DNA of 63,986 nucleotides, counting the filler, from an uncultured bacterium (lineage in GTDB: Bacteria > CAYJOG01), in the NCBI GenBank assembly GCA_964371695.1. It is 14 parts of 14 records of this genome, joined end to end, with 100 filler letters (N's around TTAATTAATTAA, not from the genome) between each part and the next. Parts side by side here need not be neighbours in the genome. Positions count along the whole stretch, not along the records: positions 9,455 to 14,073 come from CAYJOG010000276.1; positions 14,174 to 18,765 come from CAYJOG010000278.1; positions 18,866 to 23,450 come from CAYJOG010000279.1; 11 more parts are not named here. One strand, given 5' to 3'. Within the stretch, counting starts at the first letter, position 1. Each line of letters begins with the position of its first letter. Position numbers and translations under genes: made by a program. The notes under the pieces are model-generated. The model ran no database searches and was not told the DNA's origin. It saw only the letters and a list, made by a program, of their open reading frames with translations. Shown here piece after piece: positions 9,455 through 19,043 of this stretch.

Positions 9455-12400
9455 TATCCCCCGCAATCCTCCTGCATCACCACGTCTTCGTTTTCGTAAT
9501 GCCACAACGTGATGCGCGGCCCCAGCGGCCCGTCGCCGTCCGCGTCCACCGCTTTGGCCATCCGCCGCCCCAGCGGGTCATAGAAATACCGCGCCCGGCG
9601 CAGCAGCCCGCCCCCCTGCCACGCGGCGTAACCCATCAGCCGGTTTTCGCGGTCGTGGAAATATTCCTCCAGCACACCCGTCTGTTTGTGCATGCGCGTG
9701 CGCCGGTTGCCGTTTGCGTCGTATTCATATAAATATCCGTCATCCTCTGTCAGGCGATTGGCCGGGTTGTGGGCATGGGCCGCCGACAGATGACTGGCCG
9801 TGCGATTGCCCAGCGGGTCATAGGCGTATTGCTCTGGCGCGGCCACGCGGGCGGGCGCGCTCACGCTCAGGCCCTGCACGGCGGCGGCGGTGCGCAGGGC
9901 GCTGCTCAGGCGGTCCAGACTGTCATAACCATAGCGCGCGGCCACGCCGCGGCTGTCGGTGATGGCCAGAATGTTCCCCACGGCGTCGAGGTCATAGATC
10001 AGCCGCAGCGTGCGGGCGGCCTGCTCGGCCTGGGCGTCTGCCACGCGGGTGATGGTGGCCGTGGCGCTGCTGGTGTAACCCGACACGTCCTGCGCCTCCA
10101 CCGTGAGCTGGTTGGGGCCGGGCGCGAGCGGCAGCGCGGACTCAAACACCCCCTGGGCGCTGAGGCTGAGCGCCTCGCCGTTCACACGCGCACTCAGCAC
10201 GCCCACCGTGTCGCTCACCACGCCAGACGCACTCAGCGCGGCGCGCGTGGTGACAAACTGCCCCGGCACAAACGGGGCCTCGGTCAGCGACTCCTGCTGC
10301 GCGAATTCGTGCGCCAGCGCCACAAGCTCGCTGTTGGGGTTATAGGCATAACGCGTGTTCGTGCCGTCTGCCTTTTCAATCACCGTGCGCCGGTGCGCCG
10401 AGTCGTAGAAATAACGGAAAGACCACAAGGTGTTTTGCGCCCCCTCCAACTCTGCCAGCGTGGGCAGGCCGCTGTTGTTGAAACTGCGCCGCACCTCAAA
10501 AACAAAGTCATCTGCCCGCTCAAACGGATTGAGCCGCAGCGCGTTCATCAGCGGTTCTCCGGCCAGATTGCGGGTGAAGCGCTGGTCAAACACGCGAGAC
10601 AACGGCGTGCCCCAGAAAAGCTCCAGTCTGTCGGTGAGCAGGTTGTGCTGGTTGTCATAGGTGTAGTCAATTCGGGCCATTTCGTTTTCTACCCGCAGGG
10701 TCAGGTCCAGCGTGGTGTCATAGCTGTAGGTGACCACCTGATCAGCCTCTTTGCGCACCAAGCGATCCATGGCGTCATATTGATAACCGATGGTTTTGCC
10801 GTCGGGCAGTGTGACCAGCGTGAGGTTGTCTTCGGCGTCGTAGGCGTAGCGGGTAATTTCGCCCAGGGGGTTTTCTTTTTCAATCAGCCGGTTGCGGTTG
10901 TCGTAGCGCCACAAGGTGGACCGCCCCATGGCGTCTCGCAGCTCTGTCAGATTGCCGATGGCATCGTAAAAATAGCGGGTGACGTTGCCCTGGGGGTCTG
11001 TCGCCTCGGTCAGGCGGTTCATGGCGTCATAAGTGTAGAGCCGCTCCCGGCTGGCTGCGTCTTGCACACGGGTGACACGCCCGGCGGCGTCTCGCGTGAA
11101 CACCGTTTCGCGGCCCGATGGCTCCACCAGTCGGGACAGGTTGCCACGGGCGTCATAAAAGAACTGCGTCAGGTTGCCCACGGCATCGGTCATGGTGGCC
11201 ACCTGCCCATCAGGCGTGTAGGTGAAAGCGGACCTGCTGCCGCCGGGGTCTGTCTGGGCAATCAGGTTGCCGTGTTCGTCATATTCCATCGCCGTGGTGC
11301 GATGCCCGCCCGAGCCGTCGGTCTGCACCGAAATGGAAATGGGCAGGTGATAGGCGTTTTCATAGTCAATGAAGGTCTGCCGCTGGTTCACGCTGATCAA
11401 CGCCACGTCGCCACTCAGGTTGTACTCAAACTGCTCCACCTGCGTGCCCGTGGTGGATTGCACAATCTGGTTGTCGTTGTTACGCAGAATTTCCGTGCTG
11501 ACGCCGTCTTTGTTCACGTGCTTCACGGGTGAATTGAAAAAATCAGCCTGCGACGTGCGCACCCGGCCAAGGCGATCCGTGACCGAAGAAACAGCCTTGT
11601 AGGAAATCTCCTTGTCCATGGAAATGGGGTGCATGGGGTCTGAGGGCGGCGTCAGGGTGTCTTCCCGTCCCCCTGTCATCAAACTGCGGTTCCCGAACTG
11701 ATCCACAATGGCCGTGACCCGCCCCGTTTCGTTGTATTCATACCCCGTCACCACGCCACGGGGGTCGCGCTTGGTGAGCAGGCGGCCATACTGGTCATAG
11801 GTGAACTCCGTGCGCGCCCCGGATGGGTCCACAAAAGCCGTGAGGTCTCCCTGGATGTTGTGCTCAAACTGGCTGGCCCGTCCGGTTTGGTCTGCCACGG
11901 CCTGCAAATGGCCGCTGAGGTCGTAGGTGAGAAGGATAGCGCCGCCCTTGGGGTCTTCCACACGCACCAAGCGGCCTTCCGTGTCGTAAAAATACCGGGT
12001 GGCATTGCCGTTGCGATCCACCTCCCGCTGCAACAGGCCGGTCTGGGCGTCGTAAATGGTCGTCTCGCCCGATTTGGCCCGCAACACCACCTCCGGGTCG
12101 CCCTCTTCATAGGTGATGGTGCTAAAAACCCCCAGGGGCGGCTTCAGAACACCTTCCACCATCTGGTAATACTCATAACTGCCATCTGCTTGTGTGATGA
12201 ACCAGGAGCCATCAACACTTTGCCGGTGAGCATGGGAATGCCCGCCAAACCCCCAACCCCGGCCAATGGGACTGGTGCTGTGGTTCACGATAAACAGAAA
12301 GAGATTCCGGCTGGAAAAGAAAAGCTGTGAAGGGTAATTCGCCATGGAAATATCGGAATACCCCCTGAATGTGGCCTGATTCACCATGTATTGCCCAGAG

Positions 12401-13098
12401 GGCAGAATCTGGCCGTTTGACAGCGTGATGGGAATGCGCACCACAATGCGGTGGGTCTCGTCTTCGGGAACCAGAAAAACCGATTGCGAATGGCCATTCG
12501 CCCCCAGACTGAACTGGTGCACGAGCTGAGAAAGCGTGCCCGGGGCCTTCGAATCTTCTCCAAAAGCGGTCACAATTTTTTCCGGCATCACTGTTTCACC
12601 GCTGTAAAGCAACGAAACGCGGCTGGACAGCCCCAGCACTTCCACGCCGGGCAGCATGATGTCCGCATTCACCGTGCGGCCACAAACCCCCACGCTGCTG
12701 TTGCCCGGCTGCTGGTCCTGCCCCCGGCATTCATTCTGACTGGGCGGATTGCCGCACGTTTGGCACGGCGGAGGTGGTGCAGGAGGGTCTTTTTGGCATT
12801 GTTGAAACAGCCAGTAAGTACCATCAAACGAGTGAGTGTATACACACTCCCATCCACAAAAGCGAGAAACTCCATCTTGTAGGGACGGGCTGTAGCAGAT
12901 GAGGCCCAATCCTGCTGACGCATACCAAGTATTGCTGTAACGATCAAAAAACACATGGCCCATATTTGGTTCCGTGTGGCATAGTGTGTAGGGGCCACTG
13001 TCCACTTCTCCTTGACATGTTGATGCATCCGAGGGATCTGTCGCCAGAAGTGACGGAAGGATGACAAATAACATCAAGAGTCTGCGTAATATTCTCAT
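9455..13098 (-). CDS. RHS/YD-repeat protein with signal peptide (3' truncated)
   Basis: Many YD repeats (YDQYGRLL, YDARGNL, YDAMNRL, YDPLGNRT, YDPLGRR). ATG at 13098 overlaps the upstream TGA (ATGA). Confidence 0.93.
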
Positions 13099-14073
13099 GG
13101 TCCAAAACACCTCGGCGGACAAATGAAAGTAATGGCGGGGGGCGTGCGGTCCACATAAAGGGTGACCGGATCTGCCAGCAACACTGCGCCGGTCGGGGGA
13201 ATACTCAACGAAGCGCTCATGGAATAAATCGCCTCAGGCTGCGCCCCGGCGTTGAAGTCAAAGCTGTCCACCCCCGCCGCCGCAGGCTGGGTCAGAAAAT
13301 GCGTTTCCACTGGCTGCCCGTTGAGCGTCAATGTGATCAGCGCCAGAAGGGGCCGGGTGTCCAACCCCTGCCACTCCACCCTGACCGTGTGGTGCTGAGC
13401 GCCAAGGACGCTTCCTGACAACGGTTCCAGAACCCGCAGCACCGGGCGCACGACTGCCACGGAATCTTCACCGGCCCTGCCGGTGCGATCCAACCGGCGG
13501 AAAGCCCGGATGGTGAACTGGTGGGAACCGGGGGAAAGCGTCGTCGTGTCCACACTGAAACTCACCGTGCCCGTGGCGCTGCCAGGGGAAATGGCGCGGG
13601 TGGTCAGGGGCGTGGTGCTGTTGTCCAGGTAGAGATCCACTAGGCGCACCTTGTTGGGCGTGTCGTCAAAGGAGGCAGAGATGACTATGGAGCCGCTCAC
13701 GATGGCCCCGTCCGCTGGTGAATGAATGGTGACCGCCGGTCCCACGTTATTTTCGGTTGATACACTGATGGATGCCGCGCCGGTGTTGCCCGCCGGGTCG
13801 GTAAGCGACACCGAAAGGGAAAGACCATCATCCCGGTCCGGGTCACGGTCTGGAATGTTGGCGATGTTGACAGACACGCTCAGCGTGCAACTCACGCCAG
13901 ATGGGGAGCACTGTGCGGCAACAAGACCAAAAACCCTGTCCACCACCCGGCCTCCCAGGCTGATTTCCAGCACCGCGCCGGGGGCCGCCAGCAAGGATCT
14001 GTCATCCCCCACATGCAGGGTGATGACCTGATCGGTGCCACGCAGCACCGCGCCGGGGGAGGGAGAAAGAATG
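13095..14073 (-). CDS. Ig-like repeat protein, C-terminal part (5' truncated)
   Basis: Same repeat unit as 1..2100 (DDRSLL, C..G..C, N.PD.DP.R.D, NNVGP.V.I, VR.VDL). Confidence 0.85.
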
Positions 14074-14234
14074 NNNNNNNNNNNNNNNNNNNNNNNNNNN
14101 NNNNNNNNNNNNNNNNNTTAATTAATTAANNNNNNNNNNNNNNNNNNNNNNNNNNNNNNNNNNNNNNNNNNNNATCTGACGACGGGAGAGGGTAAAGAGC
14201 GGCGGCTTTTCTTTTACCCTCTCCCCGCTTGGCC

Positions 14235-14346
14235 GGTTTTCGCCCACCCAGAGGGGCTTTGCCCCGATAGGCGGGGCCTGAAAAAGTCCAGGACGGACTT
14301 ATTCAAGGCCAACGAATTAGCAGGACGTTTATCAACACCCTGCTAA
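14235..14346. repeat. Degenerate right half of a family-B-like repeat followed by a family A remnant (14321..14342)
   Basis: GGTTTTCGCC..GGGGCTTTGCCCC..AAAAGTCCAGGACGGACTT, then TTAG-CAGG...TCAACACCCTG-CTAA. Confidence 0.6.
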
Positions 14347-14358
14347 AATAACCTTCAG

Positions 14359-15108
14359 GTGGTGGACAGGCTGACGGGTATCGGGGGAAGCGGCGTCCTG
14401 AAACATGGGCGGGGCATGGGGTGGATGGCCTGGATGGTCTTGGCTTTTTTTCTGGCCCTGCGCATCGGCGCACCGGCTTTGGCCCACCCCGGCCACGCCC
14501 ATCCCCCCAAGGACTTCTACAAAAACTTTGTCCCCATGTCCAAACCCATGCCCGCCGGCGCCAGCGCCCGGCTGAGTCAGGTGCTCAAACACATCCAGAC
14601 CGCCGACGTGGCGGGCCTGATGGCCGATTATCACCCCACCAATCCCCACGAAAAGCTGGATCAGACGCGGCAAATCTTCAGTCACCCCCTCACCCGCGCC
14701 ATGTTCCAGTCCATGCGCTACACCCCCCTTGCCTGGGAGCCAGGCCAGAACAAGGTGCGCGTGCGGCTGAAGGTGACACACCCCCACTGGCCCTTTCTGC
14801 AAAAGCTTTTCAGGGCTTTTTCAAAAATGGAGCACAAAAACAGCCTGGAGGCGCTGGACAAAAAAGCGTTGGTCACCGCCCTGCAAAAGGGAGACTACCC
14901 CAAGGCCAGCTCTGAAACCCTGCTGACGCTGGTGAAAGTGGGGGACAAATGGTTTACAATCACCCTGCCCCTCCCGGACATGGAAAAAAACCCCGGCCAC
15001 ACCAGTGGTGGCGCGCCCGAAAAAATGAAATCCCCACGCACCAAAGGTTCACCATCTTCAAAACAATCCCTCCCCTCTCCCCCCAATACACCCTCCAAAT
15101 CACCTTGA
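14359..15108 (+). CDS. Hypothetical exported protein (start may be 14416)
   Basis: Signal-like segment ending ALA-HPGHAH; Pro/Ser-rich tail. Confidence 0.7.
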   Translation: MVDRLTGIGGSGVLKHGRGMGWMAWMVLAFFLALRIGAPALAHPGHAHPPKDFYKNFVPMSKPMPAGASARLSQVLKHIQTADVAGLMADYHPTNPHEKLDQTRQIFSHPLTRAMFQSMRYTPLAWEPGQNKVRVRLKVTHPHWPFLQKLFRAFSKMEHKNSLEALDKKALVTALQKGDYPKASSETLLTLVKVGDKWFTITLPLPDMEKNPGHTSGGAPEKMKSPRTKGSPSSKQSLPSPPNTPSKSP

Positions 15109-15142
15109 TAGCCCCCTATCCCCAGGTGCAAAGGAGCCTCTC

Positions 15143-16480
15143 ATGAAAAAAAGCCCCAAAACCCGCGTCGCCGGGCTGGTCTTTTATGCCGCCGCCCTGA
15201 GCCTGCTGTTTTATGGTGTGGCGGGCCAGTCGGCAGAGGGCGGAGGCGCCATCACACCCATGCCCACCGGGGCCTACACCCCCCCGGCCATGTCCGCCGA
15301 TGGCCGCGCTACACCCGGTCTGGCCGAAAAACCCCTCTGGCTGAAAATCCAGAAACCGGGTTACCAGATTCTCCAGCCTTCTCCCCTGCGCTACACCAAG
15401 GGCCTGAACATGGAGTTCCTACGCACGATTCTGGAGGGCTTCGGCGCAGAAACACCAGAGGCCGGGCCAACTTTTAACGCCACCAGTTGCATGGCCTGCC
15501 ACAACCAGCCCGCCCCCGGCGGTCGGGGCACACCCGAATTGAAAGTGCTGTTTTTCATGCCCAATGTCCAGCCCCGGCCCGTGGCCCCCACCGTGTTCCG
15601 CCGTTTGGCCCGCGAAGGCCACCCCAGAATGGCCCTGCCCCCCAATCTGCTGGCCAAAGGTGAGCGCATCGCCCCGCCCCTGTTCACGCTGGGGGCCATG
15701 CTGCGGGTGCCCGCAGCGGCCATGCAAAAAGAGGTCGCACGGCAAAAGGGCCGCCCCACTGCGGGCGCGCTCAACTGGCTGCCGCCCGCCGCAGCGGGCG
15801 GGCCAAAACGCCTGGGGCGTCTGGGGCAAAAGTCCACACAACCCGACCTGACCTCCTTCATCCACTCGGCTTTTCTCAACGAAATGAGCGTGACCACCGG
15901 CCCCTTGGCCCAGCTCAACAAACAACCCGACAAAGACGGCGACGGCCTGGGCGAACCCGAAGTGGCCGAGCGCTACGTCATCATCATGCATTATCTGATC
16001 CAGAGCTTCATCCCCCCCTGGCGCTGGCCTCCTCACCCCGCCTGGAAAACCGGCCAGAAGCTGTTTCAGCAAACGGGCTGCGCCGCCTGCCACACCCCCA
16101 CACAACCCAACGCCAAGGGCAAACCGGTGACGCTTTACAGCGATCTGCTGCTGCACGACATGGGGCCGGGACTCTCGGACCACATGCCCGCTTTTGGGGC
16201 CAGCGCCAGCCAGTGGCGCACCACACCCCTGCTGGGACTGATTGGCGGCGGCCCCTATCTGCACGACGGCCGGGCCGCCACACTGCGGGAAGCCATCCTG
16301 GCCCACGGCGGCCAGGCCAAAACCTCGCGGGACCGCTTCGCCCACCTGAATAAAACCCAGCAGGAGGCCCTGGAGGGTTTTCTGAACAGCATCGTGCCCT
16401 GGCAGGCGGCCCCCAGCCGCCCCGCGCCACCCCCACCCTGGCACAACATGCCGCCCCCCAAACTGCCCCGTTTCAGGTGA
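15143..16480 (+). CDS. Di-heme oxidoreductase (DHOR) family protein
   Basis: GPTFNATSCMACH, GCAACHTP, YSDLLLHDMG, WRTTPL.G, YLHDGRA; AAGGAG RBS. Confidence 0.9.
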   Translation: MKKSPKTRVAGLVFYAAALSLLFYGVAGQSAEGGGAITPMPTGAYTPPAMSADGRATPGLAEKPLWLKIQKPGYQILQPSPLRYTKGLNMEFLRTILEGFGAETPEAGPTFNATSCMACHNQPAPGGRGTPELKVLFFMPNVQPRPVAPTVFRRLAREGHPRMALPPNLLAKGERIAPPLFTLGAMLRVPAAAMQKEVARQKGRPTAGALNWLPPAAAGGPKRLGRLGQKSTQPDLTSFIHSAFLNEMSVTTGPLAQLNKQPDKDGDGLGEPEVAERYVIIMHYLIQSFIPPWRWPPHPAWKTGQKLFQQTGCAACHTPTQPNAKGKPVTLYSDLLLHDMGPGLSDHMPAFGASASQWRTTPLLGLIGGGPYLHDGRAATLREAILAHGGQAKTSRDRFAHLNKTQQEALEGFLNSIVPWQAAPSRPAPPPPWHNMPPPKLPRFR

Positions 16481-16553
16481 CGCAAAACAGGGGGTTGGAA
16501 GTTGGAAGCGGGCCATTCCAATTCTCAACCGAAATAGCATTAACTCGGCTTAG

Positions 16554-16703
16554 CAGGGTGTTGATAAACACCCTGAAAAATCCATGGATGGATTTTACCG
16601 CTTGCAGGGGTTCCAAAAACCCCTGCAAAAGCGCCATTTTGCGAGAGCCTTGCTTGAGCAAAATGGGTTGAGAAAGGCCAGGAGGGACTTTCTCAACAAC
16701 CTG
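16554..16703 (+). mobile_element. MITE family A, 150 nt, TTAG target duplication
   Basis: TIRs CAGGGTGTTGATAAA / TTTCTCAACAACCTG, TTAG on both flanks; near-identical to 41675..41824. Confidence 0.85.
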
Positions 16704-16762
16704 TTAGAGCACTTTCGGAATTGGTGAATCATGCATCGTCTGAAAGCCCCGCCCTGGCTGGC

Positions 16763-16865
16763 GTCATTCCCGCGAAAGCGGGAATCCAGTCAAAACATAA
16801 AAACAAAAGGTTTTTTGACCTTATTCCTTACAAAAACACTGGATTCCCGCTTTCGCGGGAATGAC
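16763..16865. repeat. Inverted pair of GTCATTCCCGCGAAAGCGGGAATCCAG hairpins (family C)
   Basis: Exact inverted copies separated by an AT-rich spacer; further copies at 30852, 39266/39463, 41960. Confidence 0.9.
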
Positions 16866-17013
16866 GGTGGAGAAAACGCGGAATGACGGTGGAGAACAAC
16901 GGAAGCTTTTTCTCCTACCAGCTTCCAGTCTCCAGTTCCTTCCCCGCCGTCACCCGCTCTGCCCGCCTGTGTTACAATCAAACGCTGGCTTTGGCCACAG
17001 AAGCGGGACACAG

Positions 17014-17721
17014 GTGAAAAAACTGGCCTCAACCAAAGGCTTTCTACTGGTGGGTATCCTGTTCACCACCATGGCGCTGCTGATCGGGGCCTACGCCAGT
17101 GTGTTGAGCATGCAGGTGTCGGGCCGGGCCATCCGCAACCGCATGTTGGTGTTGCACGCCCGCCTGGGGGCGGAAAGCGCCATCGAGGCCGCCATCCGCA
17201 AACTCAACGATAGCTCGGCTCTGGAGACCTATGGCACCGGCGGCACGCAGAACGACTGCGACGGCACCGCCGCCGCCGTGAACGACGCGCCGGTGCTCTC
17301 GGCCGGCACCTATCTGGTCGAGGCCATTTCTGATTCCAGCACCATCACGGATGTTTACAAGGTGAACTGGGGTGTGAACATGGACCTCAGCGCCTCGCTG
17401 CTGCTTTCGCAATCGCAGTGGGTGGCCGACGCCGCCAACCGCAGCAACGCCGGTTATCCCGATCACGGCGTGGGCAGCAATGTCTACAGCACCAGCGCCA
17501 ACGCCACGGGTTATATGGCCAAATGCCTCACCCGCACCAGCCAGCGGTTGTTGCGGGCCGAGGCCAACGTGGTGAAGGTGGGTTATGAAACCGCCCAGCC
17601 CGCCATCACGCGGCGGGTGGCCGCCATTGTGGTGATTGACCCGCTCTGCTCCGAGCCGGGCAGCGGCGTGCCGCCTTTTCCGGGTTGTCAAGTGGAGGTG
17701 GTGCATTGGTACGAGGAATGA
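17014..17721 (+). CDS. PilX/GspK-like minor pilin
   Basis: KKLASTKG|FLLVGILF leader without Glu5; ARLGAESAIEAAI; overlaps the next pilin (ATGA). Confidence 0.75.
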   Translation: MKKLASTKGFLLVGILFTTMALLIGAYASVLSMQVSGRAIRNRMLVLHARLGAESAIEAAIRKLNDSSALETYGTGGTQNDCDGTAAAVNDAPVLSAGTYLVEAISDSSTITDVYKVNWGVNMDLSASLLLSQSQWVADAANRSNAGYPDHGVGSNVYSTSANATGYMAKCLTRTSQRLLRAEANVVKVGYETAQPAITRRVAAIVVIDPLCSEPGSGVPPFPGCQVEVVHWYEE

Positions 17722-18605
17722 AAAAACTGTCGCGCCTGAGAGCCTGTTTTAAAATCAGGGCATGTGAAACATGGTCTGATTTTAAGCAGGCTCTCGCGGT
17801 CATGAGTTTGCGAGGAGTCTTTCCAGATGCCCATTGGGGCATCTGGCCGAGCAAAGGCGATAGCGACCGCATCCGAAAGCCGAAGCTTTGTAAAAGCGGA
17901 GGTTTTCGCCCCGCAAGGGGGCTTCGCCCCCGCCAGCGGGTGGTTTTAAAAGTCCAGGACGGACTTTTAAAACAAGCTCTGAGGGGCTTCACACTCATTG
18001 AGTTGGTCATCGTGATTGTCATCATGGTGGCGATCATTGCCATTGGTGCGGTGCGCTGGCAGTCGCCCGACACATTGCGCAGCGAGGCCCTGGCCCAGCA
18101 GCTCAAGGAATATCTGGTGCGCGGGCCTGACCGCAGCAAAGGTTCGCCCTTTGGCGTGGTGCTGGTCATCCGCAACCCCGCCAACCTGCCCGCGCCGCCC
18201 AATCATCAGATGCTCTCTTTTCAGGAATACGCCGACACCACCCGCACCACGCTTGACAGTCCCTTTCCCACCGAGGTGGTCTATAACTCCGAGAGCGACA
18301 TCGCCATCAGTTCTTCTTTCGCCACCATTCCCTCGGCCACCACCACCGTGGTGTTCCGCACCAACGGTTTGGTGGAAAGTCCCATGCAGACCACGGGCGG
18401 TGCCCCCACCGGCTCCTTTGACATCCTCGTGAACAGCGTGCGGCTGCACAAGGTGGTGTTCTCGCCCGCCAGCGGCAGCGCCGTGGTGCAGGTGTGCGCC
18501 GCCGTGGGCAGCGGCACCCCCGGCGCGCAAGAGGGTGGCTGTCCCAACAAGGCCAGCGGCTGGTGCGACTCCGACAACCCACAGGAGGATTGCCTGCTGC
18601 CATGA
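17718..18605 (+). CDS. Type IV prepilin (FimT/GspH-like) with an in-frame 81-aa MITE insertion in the leader
   Basis: MKKLSRL[81 aa]RG|FTLIELVIVIVI; C-terminal cysteines. Confidence 0.85.
   Translation: MKKLSRLRACFKIRACETWSDFKQALAVMSLRGVFPDAHWGIWPSKGDSDRIRKPKLCKSGGFRPARGLRPRQRVVLKVQDGLLKQALRGFTLIELVIVIVIMVAIIAIGAVRWQSPDTLRSEALAQQLKEYLVRGPDRSKGSPFGVVLVIRNPANLPAPPNHQMLSFQEYADTTRTTLDSPFPTEVVYNSESDIAISSSFATIPSATTTVVFRTNGLVESPMQTTGGAPTGSFDILVNSVRLHKVVFSPASGSAVVQVCAAVGSGTPGAQEGGCPNKASGWCDSDNPQEDCLLP
17740..17979 (+). mobile_element. MITE family B, 240 nt, TGA duplication, intragenic
   Basis: TIRs GAGCCTGTTTTAAAA / TTTTAAAACAAGCTC; TGA at 17737-17739 and 17980-17982. Confidence 0.9.
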
Positions 18606-18765
18606 AGCTGAAATCCACACACCGCCGCAGGGGTTTTACGCTCATCGAAATGGTGATCGCCATGATTCTCATTGGCATCGCCCTGTTGCCCCTGGCGAGC
18701 GTGGCCCCGCTGGCGGCCATGGAGCAGGTGCGTCACGACCGCCTTGAGCGGGCGCTGGTCACCGC
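18602..18765 (+). CDS. PilV-like prepilin (3' truncated)
   Basis: MKLKSTHRRRG|FTLIEMVIAMILIGIALL. Confidence 0.85.
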
Positions 18766-19043
18766 NNNNNNNNNNNNNNNNNNNNNNNNNNNNNNNNNNN
18801 NNNNNNNNNTTAATTAATTAANNNNNNNNNNNNNNNNNNNNNNNNNNNNNNNNNNNNNNNNNNNNCATGTGGCGGGCACCGTCCGCATCAAGCCTTTTTG
18901 GGGCGCTTTGCTGGCGTTGGACAGGGAAAAAAGAAGACGCCGGGTTTCCATGGCCTTGTATACACCAAAGCCCATGGCCTCTCAAGCGCCGAGGCTTTTT
19001 ATCCATGGCCTGGGGCATCCTCCGTGGGTTAAACTCTGCCTCC

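Noticed and set aside
16554-16865. Possible CRISPR array or structured ncRNA among clustered hairpins
   Set aside because: No direct repeat-spacer periodicity and no cas genes; the units are dispersed TIR/REP elements.
16861-17013. N-terminal ORF extensions running through repeats (also 7883..8002 and 18867..19043)
   Set aside because: Better downstream starts exist (signal/leader, RBS or -10), so these are not counted as in-frame insertions.
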